Source: Candidatus Aldehydirespiratoraceae bacterium
GTDB taxonomy: Bacteria; Actinomycetota; Acidimicrobiia; Acidimicrobiales; Aldehydirespiratoraceae
DNA: 64,000 bases
Assembly: GCA_965221635.1 (NCBI GenBank)
Contig: OZ244902.1
Span: forward strand, 479,957 to 543,956
Reading direction: 5' to 3'
Shown: piece after piece, positions 43,263 to 52,045 of the stretch
Position numbering within the stretch: position 1 is the first letter of the stretch
Layout: each line of letters starts with the position of its first letter
The notes under the pieces: model-generated
What the model saw: only the letters and a program-made list of their open reading frames with translations
The model's database searches: none
Told to the model about the DNA's origin: nothing
Position numbers and translations under genes: made by a program

Positions 43263-44108
43263 ATGGGTGTACAGGCCGTATGGATCGACGGCGAGATGGC
43301 GCAACCCGCCGACGGTCACCTGCGCGCCGACGATCACGGCCTCACCGTGGGCGACGGGATCTTCGAAACGCTGCTGGTGATCAACCACGACGGCCGACCT
43401 GCCGCGTTCGCCGTGGATCGTCACCTGAAACGTCTGCGCAGATCGGCTGCCGCGATGGGTTTGGACTGTGCCCGAGACGACGCCGAGATCCGCGAGGCGA
43501 TCGGGCAGTGCCTTCAGGTCGCTCCGTCGGCGGGGATCATCCGGGTGATGGTGACCAGCGGCGCCGGGCCGCTTGGATCTGGGCGTGGCGCCGGCCCGGG
43601 CTCAACGATCGTGCTGGTGGGCGACAGCCCCCCGGCCTACCAGCCCGGCACAGGTGTGGCCGTGATGGCCCACCCACGCAACGAGCGGGGAATGCTGGCC
43701 GGAGTGAAGACCACCTCATACGCCGAGAACGTTCTGGCGCTCGCCGAGGCCCGCCGTCAGGGCGCAACCGAGGCGATCTTTGTGGACACGCGAGGCTTCG
43801 TGAGCGAAGGCACAGGGTCGAACATCTTCTGGGTGGCCGACGGCGCCTTGCACACCCCTCCCCTGGACACAGGATGCCTCGCAGGCGTCACCCGCGAATT
43901 GGTGATCGATCACCTGGCGGTCACCGAGACGCACCTTCTGGGCAGCGAGCTGGAGTCGGTGCAGGAGGCCTTCCTCACCAGCACCACCAGGGCCGTTCAG
44001 TCCATCGGCAGCGTGAACGGCACACCGCTGGCCACGGTTGACGGGCCGCTCACCCAAAAGGCGGCAGCGCTGATGGCCAACCTGATGAGCCACCACATCG
44101 ATCCCTGA
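43263..44108 (+). CDS. class IV aminotransferase (branched-chain aminotransferase / aminodeoxychorismate lyase family)
   Basis: Start at ATG 43263 (MGVQAVWIDGE...). It has DHGLTVGDGIFETL and ...GVKTTSYAENVLA...EAIFVDTRGFVSEGTGSNIF. Confidence 0.75.
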   Translation: MGVQAVWIDGEMAQPADGHLRADDHGLTVGDGIFETLLVINHDGRPAAFAVDRHLKRLRRSAAAMGLDCARDDAEIREAIGQCLQVAPSAGIIRVMVTSGAGPLGSGRGAGPGSTIVLVGDSPPAYQPGTGVAVMAHPRNERGMLAGVKTTSYAENVLALAEARRQGATEAIFVDTRGFVSEGTGSNIFWVADGALHTPPLDTGCLAGVTRELVIDHLAVTETHLLGSELESVQEAFLTSTTRAVQSIGSVNGTPLATVDGPLTQKAAALMANLMSHHIDP

Positions 44109-44190
44109 CCAGCGCCCATTGAACAGGGCCCGCAAGGCGAGAACATCACTGCCGACGCTCCGCCGCCGCTACCCACCAAGACCTGCCGAC

Positions 44191-44664
44191 ATGAACGACA
44201 GCACCACTGCGCACCTCACCGACGAAGAGTTGATGGCCCCGGCGTTGGCCCAGGCTCAAGCCGCGGCACAGGGCGGGGAGGTTCCGGTAGGTGCGGCCGT
44301 GTGGCTGAACGACACGCTGCTGGCCGCCGAACACAACCAAAGAGAACGCCGAAGCGATCCCACCGCCCACGCCGAGATCCTGGCCTTGCGAAAGGCCGCC
44401 GACCACCTCGGTTCGTGGCGTCTGCGCGGCACGGTGGTGGCGGTGACGCTTGAACCGTGCCCCATGTGTGCCGGGGCCCTTCAGCAGGCCCGAGTGGCGC
44501 GGGTGATCTTCGGCGCACCCGACCCCAAGGCCGGGGCGCTCGGATCGCTGTACAACCTCGGCGCCGACCCGCGCCTCAACCACGAATTCGAGGTGACTCC
44601 GGGAGTGCGCGCCGGCGAGTGCTCCTCGGTGCTCAGCGAGTTCTTTGCCGCCCGGCGCGGCTGA
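44191..44664 (+). CDS. tadA: tRNA adenosine(34) deaminase
   Basis: HAEILALRKAA and TLEPCPMCAGAL zinc-binding motifs. Start at ATG 44191; the ORF opens at 44119. Confidence 0.85.
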   Translation: MNDSTTAHLTDEELMAPALAQAQAAAQGGEVPVGAAVWLNDTLLAAEHNQRERRSDPTAHAEILALRKAADHLGSWRLRGTVVAVTLEPCPMCAGALQQARVARVIFGAPDPKAGALGSLYNLGADPRLNHEFEVTPGVRAGECSSVLSEFFAARRG

Positions 44665-44697
44665 TCCCAAGGCGCCACGTCCGAATCCACCCGTCAC

Positions 44698-44818
44698 CGG
44701 TGAGCGCAACCCACCGCGGGTGAGCCCAGCCCGTTGTCGGTGAGTGCAACCCGTCCGCGGTGAGCACTGCCCGCCGTCGGTGAGCGCAACGCGTGCCCGG
44801 TGAGCACGTCTCATTGCG
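44698..44818 (+). repeat. six tandem ~20-nt repeats, consensus about CGGTGAGCRCAACCCGYCSG
   Basis: Units start at 44698, 44717, 44738, 44758, 44778 and 44798, each beginning CGG(G)TGAG. The array is intergenic between tadA and tRNA-Ser. Confidence 0.85.
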
Positions 44819-44878
44819 CGCTCCGAACCGGCCGGGGATGCCCCTACGACAAATTCGCCGCTCCCGCAGCCGGCGCGC

Positions 44879-44975
44879 GCACCGGCAGCGAATCCCCACC
44901 CAACACTGTGTCCCGCGCTGCTGGAGCTCTTCAGGCAGGAGGTGCGAAGGCACCGGGAGCGAATCCCTACCCAAC
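44879..44975 (+). repeat. 26-nt direct repeat pair, 71 nt apart, upstream of tRNA-Ser
   Basis: GCACCGGCAGCGAATCCCCACCCAAC (44879-44904) versus GCACCGGGAGCGAATCCCTACCCAAC (44950-44975), with 2 mismatches. Confidence 0.8.
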
Positions 44976-44990
44976 GGGTAAGCTTTTGGT

Positions 44991-45077
44991 GGAGAGTTGC
45001 CAGAGTGGACGAATGGGGCGGCCTCGAAAGCCGTTGTGGCCTCCGGGTCACCATGGGTTCGAATCCCATACTCTCCG
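44991..45077 (+). tRNA. tRNA-Ser (anticodon CGA)
   Basis: 87-nt class II tRNA. Acceptor GGAGAGT/ACTCTCC, anticodon loop CTCGAAA, long variable arm, T-arm ATGGG-TTCGAAT-CCCAT. Confidence 0.9.
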
Positions 45078-45108
45078 CCGCATCGACCGGAGCCCAAGGA
45101 GCACCGCC

Positions 45109-45771
45109 ATGACCCTGCGAATCAACGACATCGCGCCCGATTTCAGCGCCGAAACCACCGACGGCGAGATCAGCTTCCACGACTGGATCGGCGACGGTTG
45201 GGCGCTGCTGTTCTCCCATCCGAAGGACTTCACCCCGGTGTGTACCACCGAACTCGGTGCGGTGGCCGGGCTCAAGGACGAGTTCGCCGCCCGCAACTGC
45301 AAGATCATCGGCATCAGCGTGGACGGCGTGAGCGACCATCACGGCTGGTCGGCCGACATTGCCAAGGCCACCGGCAACGCCGTGAACTACCCGCTTATCG
45401 GCGACCCGCAACTGAACGTGGTGAAGCTGTACGACATGCTCCCAGCGGATGCCGGGGACACCTCCGAGGGGCGAACCCCGATGGACAACGCCACCGCCCG
45501 GTCGGTGTTCATCATCGGCCCCGACAAGCGGATCAAGGCCACGCTCACCTACCCGATGACCACCGGCCGCAACTTCGTGGAGATCCTGCGCCTGCTCGAT
45601 TCGTGCCAGCTCACGGCGCACGAACAGGTGGCAACTCCGGCGAACTGGAAGCAAGGCGAGGACGTGATCATCGTGCCGGCGGTGTCCAACGAGGCCGCAG
45701 CCGAGAAGTACCCCGACGGGTGGGACGCCCCGCTGCCCTACCTGAGAGTGGTGAAACAACCCGGCGCCTGA
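45109..45771 (+). CDS. 1-Cys (Prx6-type) peroxiredoxin
   Basis: Start at ATG 45109 with AAGGAG upstream. It has the FSHPKDFTPVCTTEL peroxidatic Cys motif. The ORF-track start at 44800 would run through the tRNA and is rejected. Confidence 0.85.
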   Translation: MTLRINDIAPDFSAETTDGEISFHDWIGDGWALLFSHPKDFTPVCTTELGAVAGLKDEFAARNCKIIGISVDGVSDHHGWSADIAKATGNAVNYPLIGDPQLNVVKLYDMLPADAGDTSEGRTPMDNATARSVFIIGPDKRIKATLTYPMTTGRNFVEILRLLDSCQLTAHEQVATPANWKQGEDVIIVPAVSNEAAAEKYPDGWDAPLPYLRVVKQPGA

Positions 45772-45849
45772 CCGGCCAGCCCGCCCGAGCCACCCCCTGC
45801 CGGCTGAACCGGGCCGGCCCGCTGAAATACCGGCTGAGTCGCCCGGCAC

Positions 45850-46458
45850 CTAGCCGGAGGCCACTCCAGCGACGGCCAGCTCCTCTAGCGCCGCAGCGGT
45901 GCTCTCCGGCGCAACTCCGGCGCAGTGATCCACCAGCACGGTGGTTGCGAACCCGGCCGCGGCGGCGTCCAGGGCCGTGGCACGCACGCAGTAGTCGGTG
46001 GCGAGCCCCACGATGTGAAGTTCGGTGACATCTCGCTGCTTTAGCCAGTCCTCAAGCGAATCGCCCTCTGAGGTGGTTGCGTCCCCGTCACCGACGGCTT
46101 CACCCACCGCACGGCCGTCGAAACCCGAATAGCTGGCGGTGTAGCGCCCCTTGGCGAACACTTCGTCGAGCGCCACTTGCAACTCGGGGTGGAATTGCGC
46201 GCCCGGTGTTCCGGCCACGCAGTGAACCGGCCAGGTGTTCACGAAGTCCGGCTCGTCTCCGGGTGCGGCGAAATGCTCCGCCGGGTCGATGTGCCAGTCC
46301 TTGCAGGCCACCACGTGGTGGTATGCGCCGCCGCCCCGGTCGAAGCCCACAAGATCAGAGATCGAACGAGCCACCGCCGTGCCACCGGTGACCGCCAGCG
46401 ACCCGCCCTCGCAAAAGTCGGATTGAACGTCCACAATCAGCAACGCCTTGCTCATCAC
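45850..46458 (-). CDS. pncA: nicotinamidase / pyrazinamidase (isochorismatase family)
   Basis: 202 aa with LLIVDVQSDFCEGGSLAV, WPVHCVAGTPGAQFHPEL and GLATDYCV. Confidence 0.8.
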   Translation of the reverse strand: MMSKALLIVDVQSDFCEGGSLAVTGGTAVARSISDLVGFDRGGGAYHHVVACKDWHIDPAEHFAAPGDEPDFVNTWPVHCVAGTPGAQFHPELQVALDEVFAKGRYTASYSGFDGRAVGEAVGDGDATTSEGDSLEDWLKQRDVTELHIVGLATDYCVRATALDAAAAGFATTVLVDHCAGVAPESTAAALEELAVAGVASG

Positions 46459-46503
46459 GGCCTCCTTTGATCGTCACCCGGCACGCCGGATCGGCCTTGC
46501 GTC

Positions 46504-46645
46504 AGGTGTGAGTCTGCATGCTTGGCCGGGCAAACGTCGCCCCGGCCGGTATGCCATCGGACTGTGCCTGCCAGAGGTGTGAGTCTGCTCTCTTGGCCAG
46601 GCAATCGTCGCCTCGGCGGGCACGGACCAGCTGTGCTTGGCCGAG
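46504..46645 (+). repeat. two diverged tandem copies of a 71-nt unit in the pncB-pncA spacer
   Basis: The units 46504-46574 and 46575-46645 both open AGGTGTGAGTCTGC..TTGGCC.GGCAA.CGTCGCC.CGGC.GG, and their tails also align. Confidence 0.75.
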
Positions 46646-46688
46646 TTGACCGTGGTCGCCTGGTCGGGGCTTCTTCGCGCCGTTCGGG

Positions 46689-48209
46689 TCAGCCGGCGAG
46701 TTCGAGGCCGAGTTGAGCGGGGGCTTCGTGCCGGTCGGCAGACCCTCCGTCTTGTGACGTTTGAGGGTAGACCAGCGGCTTCACCGGCGCCTTCCATCCC
46801 ACCCATTCGGTGGCCACCGCAGGGGTGCGCACAGGATGCGGTGTGCGGTCCTCGGGCCTGAGTCGCGCCCGGCGCTCGGCGCAACGGCTGCGAGCCTCGT
46901 GGGCAGTATCGCCATACGCCCGCTTGCCGCTCACCACGAGTGGAACCTGGGGTTGCAAGGCCCCAGGGTGGCTCACCTCGGTGCTCAATGACCCGTCGTC
47001 GGCCAGCGACAACACTTCGGACACCCAGTAGCCGTCCGCGTCGATGGTGCGATGCACCTGTTTGCGTCCACCCACCGTGGCCTTCCCCGACGAAAACTTG
47101 CCCACCTCGCGCATGGCCGTGTAATGGCGAGACGCACCGGCAGATGCCGTCGCGGGATGAGCGGGCTTCGCCGAACCACCCTGCGTGGCGGCGCCCGCGC
47201 CCGCAGCCGAAGGCAGGTCGGCGACGGCGACGAGCTTGTACACAAGTGATGCCGCGGGGTGGCCTGATCCGGTGACCAGACGGGTGCCCACCAGGTAACT
47301 GTCGATGGGCGCCCCCCGCCGTTGCAGGTCGGCGATCCGGTACTCGTCGAGATCACCGGAGGCCACGATCTTGCAGCCGCCGGCGCCCAGTTCGTTGAGC
47401 AGGGCCCTCACCTCGAGACTTCCGCTGAGCAGGTTGCCGCTGTCGATTCGCACCGCGCCAAGGTTGGGGCCCACGGCCTCCACTGCGTGACGCACCCCGG
47501 CGAGCACGTCGAAGGTGTCCACCAGGTAGGTGGACTCGACGCCGAGCGTGTCGCGCTGTGCAGCGAAAGCGGCGCGTTCGTGGTCATGCAGCAGCATGAA
47601 GGCGTGTGCGGTGGTGCCTCCGGTGGGGATCCTCCAGCGTCTTCCGGCCTCCAGGTTGGAGGTTGCGTCGAATCCGCCCACGTAAGCGGCCTTCGCGGCT
47701 GCGACCGCTGCGGAGGGATCGGTGCGACGGCTGCCGCCATCGAGCAGGGCGCTGCCGGGCGCCGCGTCTCGCATGCGCGCCGCAGCCGAGGCCACTGCGC
47801 AGTCGTGGTTGAGTATGGAGAGCACCACCGTTTCCAGCACCACACACTCGGCGAAGGTGCCCTCGATGGTGAGCACCGGCGAATACGGAAAGAACAGTTC
47901 ACCGTCGGGGTATCCGGTGATGTCGCCACCGAACCGGTAATCCCGAAGCCAGTCGGCCAACACCGGATCGGTCACAACACCGGTCGCAGTGAGGTGATCC
48001 ACAGCCGCAGCGTCAAACCGGAATCCCTCCACCGCTTCAACCACCCGATCCATCCCCGAAACCACGCCATATGCCCGGCCCTCAGGCAGTCCCCGAGCGA
48101 ACACCTCGAACACCGACCGTCGCCCAGCCACACCCGATCGCAACGCCGAAGCCACCATCGTCAGCTCATAGTGATCGGTGTGCAGGGCAAGTCCGCAGCC
48201 CAAGTCCAC
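46689..48209 (-). CDS. pncB: nicotinate phosphoribosyltransferase
   Basis: ALHTDHYELTMVASALRSG is near the N-terminus. Start placed at GTG 48209. The ORF-track N-terminus (to 48311) is Gly/Phe low-complexity. Confidence 0.8.
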   Translation of the reverse strand: MDLGCGLALHTDHYELTMVASALRSGVAGRRSVFEVFARGLPEGRAYGVVSGMDRVVEAVEGFRFDAAAVDHLTATGVVTDPVLADWLRDYRFGGDITGYPDGELFFPYSPVLTIEGTFAECVVLETVVLSILNHDCAVASAAARMRDAAPGSALLDGGSRRTDPSAAVAAAKAAYVGGFDATSNLEAGRRWRIPTGGTTAHAFMLLHDHERAAFAAQRDTLGVESTYLVDTFDVLAGVRHAVEAVGPNLGAVRIDSGNLLSGSLEVRALLNELGAGGCKIVASGDLDEYRIADLQRRGAPIDSYLVGTRLVTGSGHPAASLVYKLVAVADLPSAAGAGAATQGGSAKPAHPATASAGASRHYTAMREVGKFSSGKATVGGRKQVHRTIDADGYWVSEVLSLADDGSLSTEVSHPGALQPQVPLVVSGKRAYGDTAHEARSRCAERRARLRPEDRTPHPVRTPAVATEWVGWKAPVKPLVYPQTSQDGGSADRHEAPAQLGLELAG

Positions 48210-48367
48210 CCACCAACAATACCCACCAAACCCCCCAAAGGCCCCAAAACCACCGCGCATCCCAAAGACCAACCAACCAACCGCGCAGCCCGCGACCAAG
48301 ACCAACACCAAGTCCCCAAAGGCACCCAGGGGGCAGCAAAGCCAAGGCGGGCGGGCCAGAAAATCAA

Positions 48368-48460
48368 GGCGGGCGGGTGGCCGGTGGCCGGCTTACGGAA
48401 CAATCTGCAGCGAAGCGAAGCCGTTCCGGAACCGGCCACCGGTCAGGCCCCGCCCGCCGG
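48368..48460. repeat. 93-nt extended-hairpin element, copy 2
   Basis: GGCGGGC.GGG.GGCC.GGTGGCCGG...CGGAAC, a 21-nt loop, then GTTCCG...CCGGCCACC..GGCC..GCCCGCC. It includes an 11-bp perfect helix (48381-48391 with 48432-48442). It lies in the divergent pncB / ABC-exporter spacer. Confidence 0.8.
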
Positions 48461-48523
48461 AGTGACCAACAGCCAGACACCGAGCAAAGCAGACGAAGGC
48501 CGGGTGATTCGTAGGATGCGCAG

Positions 48524-50524
48524 ATGACCACCCCCATGCACTTGCTGCACCGGATGGGCGCCGACCACTCCAAGCTGAAGGGCAAGGCGATCACCCCGGG
48601 AACGACCCGGCGGGTGTGGGAATGCGCGCGCCCCTACCGGGCGATGATCGCCGCGTTCGTGGTGACCGTGGTGGGCGGCACGTTTCTTGGGTTGCTGCCG
48701 CCGCTGGTGATCCGCGAGATTTTCGACTCGGCCATAGCCGATGGCGACGGCGGCTACCTGAACGTGCTGTTCGGGGTGTTGGTGGCAGCCGCTCTCGGCG
48801 AGGCGGTGTTGTCGCTTGTGGGACGCCGCCTGAGTTCCGGAATCGGCGAGGGCTTGATTTTCGACCTGCGGTGCCGGTTGTTCGACCATGTGCAGCAAAT
48901 GCCGGTGGCCTTCTTCACCCATACCCAGACCGGCACGCTGGTGAGCAGGCTCAACAACGATGTGATCGGCGCGCAGCGGGCCTTCACAGGAACGCTCGGC
49001 ACTGTTGTGGGCAACGTGATCACCCTCACGGGAACGTTGATCGCCATGATCGTGCTGGAGTGGCGCCTGACGCTTCTGGCGGTGGCAGTGTTGCCGGTGT
49101 TCGTGTTGCCCGCGCAGCGAGTGGGTCGTGGCTTGCAGGCCATCACCCGTGAGGGCATGAACGTGAACGCGTCGATGAACAACACCATGACCGAGCGTTT
49201 CAACGTGGCCGGCGCGATGCTGGTGAAGCTCTTCGGGCGTCACCGTGACGAGTCCGCCAATTTCGCCGGGCGAGCCGGTCGGGTGCGCAACATCGGCGTG
49301 CGCAGCGCCATGTACGCACAGGTTTTTTTGGTGGCGCTCACCATGGTGGGAGCGGTGGGAACGGCGCTGATTTACTGGCTTGGCGGGCATTTGGCCCTCG
49401 ACGGTTCGCTGAGCGTGGGCACCTTGGTGGCGCTGGGGTTGTACACGGTGCGGATCTACGTGCCGCTGGCGAGTCTCTCGCATGCCAGGGTGGACGTGAT
49501 GACCGCTTTCGTGAGCTTCGAGCGGGTGTTCGAGGTGCTCGACACTCCCAACCCGATCGTTGACACCGCCGGAGCCAGGTCGTTGCACAAGCCCAAGGGC
49601 AGGGTGGAGTTCCGCGACGTGGCGTTCAGCTACCCGCCTGTGCTCGAGGGCGCACCCGAATCGCTTCGAGCCGAGGCCCTCAGCCGCGAAACACCCGACG
49701 CCGAGGGTTCGCGTCCACCCGCCCACACCGGCCACGGGGACAACGACACGACCGGCTCGGATCGTTCCGGCTCGGCTGCCGGTGACGCGCAAGTGGTGGA
49801 GACCTCACCAATGGTGTTGCAGGACATCAATTTCGTGGCCGAACCGGGGCAGATGGTGGCAATTGTGGGGCCGTCCGGGTCGGGGAAATCGACTTTGGTG
49901 TCGCTTGTGCCGCGCCTGTACGACGCCGGCGCCGGGCAGGTTCTGGTGGACGACGAGGACGTGCGCAACCTCACCGGTGATTCGCTGCGTTTGTCGATCG
50001 GTGTGGTCACCCAGGATCCGCATTTGTTTCACGACACTGTGGCCGCCAATTTGCGTTACGCCAAACCCGAAGCGAAGCAGTCCGAACTGGAGGCGGCGTG
50101 CCGTGCGGCTCGTATTCACCACACGATCGCTTCGCTGCCCGACGGGTATTCCACGGTTGTCGGTGAGCGCGGCTACCGCCTTTCCGGTGGCGAGAAGCAG
50201 CGACTGGCGATAGCACGAATGCTGCTGAAGGATCCGGTGATCGTGATCCTCGACGAGGCCACCTCTCATCTCGACACAGACAACGAGGCGCAGGTGCAGG
50301 AAGCGCTCGCCGAGGCGCTGCGGGGCAGGACTTCTCTGGTGATAGCGCACCGCCTGTCCACAATCACCGACGCCGACGTGATCGTGGTGCTCGACGACGG
50401 GCGCATAGTGCAGCGCGGCACCCACGAAGAGCTGCGACGAGCAGCCGGACTGTACGCAGAGTTGTACGAGGTGCTGGTGCGTGCCGAATCCGAGGCCGCC
50501 ACAAAGGAGGCGCTGGTGGGATGA
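48524..50524 (+). CDS. ABC exporter, fused permease/ATPase (MsbA-like) with a disordered insert before the NBD
   Basis: 666 aa. It has six-TM-type N-terminal half, Walker A GPSGSGKST, signature LSGGEKQR and Walker B VILDEATS. A ~60-aa Ser/Gly/Asp/Pro insert maps to about 49630-49810. Confidence 0.85.
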   Translation: MTTPMHLLHRMGADHSKLKGKAITPGTTRRVWECARPYRAMIAAFVVTVVGGTFLGLLPPLVIREIFDSAIADGDGGYLNVLFGVLVAAALGEAVLSLVGRRLSSGIGEGLIFDLRCRLFDHVQQMPVAFFTHTQTGTLVSRLNNDVIGAQRAFTGTLGTVVGNVITLTGTLIAMIVLEWRLTLLAVAVLPVFVLPAQRVGRGLQAITREGMNVNASMNNTMTERFNVAGAMLVKLFGRHRDESANFAGRAGRVRNIGVRSAMYAQVFLVALTMVGAVGTALIYWLGGHLALDGSLSVGTLVALGLYTVRIYVPLASLSHARVDVMTAFVSFERVFEVLDTPNPIVDTAGARSLHKPKGRVEFRDVAFSYPPVLEGAPESLRAEALSRETPDAEGSRPPAHTGHGDNDTTGSDRSGSAAGDAQVVETSPMVLQDINFVAEPGQMVAIVGPSGSGKSTLVSLVPRLYDAGAGQVLVDDEDVRNLTGDSLRLSIGVVTQDPHLFHDTVAANLRYAKPEAKQSELEAACRAARIHHTIASLPDGYSTVVGERGYRLSGGEKQRLAIARMLLKDPVIVILDEATSHLDTDNEAQVQEALAEALRGRTSLVIAHRLSTITDADVIVVLDDGRIVQRGTHEELRRAAGLYAELYEVLVRAESEAATKEALVG

Positions 50525-51822
50525 CCGGCGCGCAGACGCTGTCGGTGAGCCAACTGACCCAACTGGTGAACGTCGCACTCGAAGCGGTTGCGCCCGAGGG
50601 GGTGTGGGTGGCAGGTCACATTGCGTCGATCAGCAGACCCCGCACGGGCCACGTGTATTTCGAGTTGATCGACCCGGCCGAACAACCAGGCCGTAATCCC
50701 AAGGCAAAGGTGGCCGTGACGTTGTTTCGCGACATGAAACAGGACGTGAACGACGCCATCAAGCGTTACGGCAACTCCATGCGCATGAGCGAAGGGGTGC
50801 AGATCCGGATTTTCGGGCGCCTCAACTACTACGCCCCGCAGGGGCAACTGCAGATCGTGATGAGCGCCATCGACCCCGCGTACACGTTGGGCCGCATCGT
50901 GGCGGATCGCGATCTTCTGCTGAAGAAACTGGCCGACGAGGGAATCCTCCGAGCCAACAAGGCTCATCCGGTTCCGGCGGTGCCGCTTCGGGTGGGTCTG
51001 GTGACCTCGGTGGGCAGCGCTGCGCATTCCGACGTGATGCGCATTCTCGGCGACAGCTCCTACGGATTCACGGTGATGCAAGCCGACACCGCGGTTCAAG
51101 GCCCCAAGGCGCCGATGTCGGTGGTGGCGGCGATCAAAGCCGTGGCCGCTGACTGTGACGTTGTGCTGGTGGTGCGCGGAGGTGGAAGCGCAACCGATTT
51201 GGTGGCGTTCGACGACGAGGGCGTGGCGCGGGCGATTGCCTTGTGCGAACGGCCCGTGTTCACCGGCATCGGCCACGAAACCGATCACAGCGCCGGCGAC
51301 GCTGTTGCCCACACCGCCCGCCCCACACCAACCGCAGCCGCGGCGGCGGTGGTGCGGATCGTGGATGACTGGCTTCAGGGACTCGACGCCACGGGGCAGG
51401 CCATCGCCACCGAGGCAGGAAGGTCGCTGACTTCGGCCGGGAACCGTCTTGATCGCTGCGGCGCGGCCACCGCCCGGCTCGCGTTCGGGGCAGCTCAGCG
51501 GGCCGATCGTGGGGTGGAGGCTGCGGCGCGGCGTGTTGTGCGCGCCGGGATGCTCGTTGACCGTGAGGCCCGTTCTCGGTGGCGCCGGGGTGTGGCGCGT
51601 TTGTCCGCGGCGGCGGAGCTGGGGTTGCGCACGGCCGAGAACCGAGTTGCCACGGCGTCGGCCCAGACCCGGTCGCTGGATCCGGCTCGACTGTTGCGCC
51701 GGGGCTGGTCGATCACCCGTCGCCACGACGGCGCCCTGGTGAGATCGGTGGCGGATGTGTCGTCCGGTGAGCGCCTTGAGACCCAGGTCGCCGACGGCAC
51801 GATCACCGGCACAGCCGACTGA
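50521..51822 (+). CDS. xseA: exodeoxyribonuclease VII large subunit
   Basis: 433 aa. N-terminal OB fold (LSVSQLTQLVNVALE...VWVAGHIASISRPRTGHVYFEL), VVLVVRGGGSATDL, and an ATGA overlap with the ABC gene. Confidence 0.85.
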   Translation: MTGAQTLSVSQLTQLVNVALEAVAPEGVWVAGHIASISRPRTGHVYFELIDPAEQPGRNPKAKVAVTLFRDMKQDVNDAIKRYGNSMRMSEGVQIRIFGRLNYYAPQGQLQIVMSAIDPAYTLGRIVADRDLLLKKLADEGILRANKAHPVPAVPLRVGLVTSVGSAAHSDVMRILGDSSYGFTVMQADTAVQGPKAPMSVVAAIKAVAADCDVVLVVRGGGSATDLVAFDDEGVARAIALCERPVFTGIGHETDHSAGDAVAHTARPTPTAAAAAVVRIVDDWLQGLDATGQAIATEAGRSLTSAGNRLDRCGAATARLAFGAAQRADRGVEAAARRVVRAGMLVDREARSRWRRGVARLSAAAELGLRTAENRVATASAQTRSLDPARLLRRGWSITRRHDGALVRSVADVSSGERLETQVADGTITGTAD

Positions 51823-52045
51823 CCCCCGCCGCTGAATCCGGCGAACACACCCGGCGTCCGCATACTCCGGGCGAGGCAGCGGGTCGGGTTTCACCGGTAC
51901 AGTCGCCGACCAGCCATCGCCGGCGCCACCACCACCGGCGCCACCACCACCGCACGGTCACAGGTGGCCCGCAGCCCGGGCTGTTGTGACCCCGGCAAGC
52001 GGGTTGCGTGCCCACAGATCGCAACATCGAGAGATCGGGAGAACG

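Noticed and set aside
44698-44818. CRISPR array hypothesis for this array and for those at 56928-57019 and 59651-59765
   Set aside because: The repeats are contiguous with no unique spacers, the units are only 20-23 nt, and there are no cas genes in the window.
44800-45108. Upstream part of the ORF-track peroxiredoxin ORF (start 44800)
   Set aside because: It would translate through the tRNA-Ser(CGA) gene. ATG 45109 has a good AAGGAG ribosome-binding site and gives a normal Prx N-terminus.
44146-45849. 567-aa minus-strand ORF
   Set aside because: It runs antisense through tadA, the tandem repeats, a tRNA-Ser gene and the peroxiredoxin gene. It has shadow-ORF composition.
50266-51894. 542-aa minus-strand ORF antisense to xseA, and the 518-aa ORF 54308-55864 overlapping the MFS gene
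   Set aside because: Both are Arg/Gly/Pro-rich with no recognisable motifs. The competing frames encode an OB-fold XseA and a multi-span transporter respectively.
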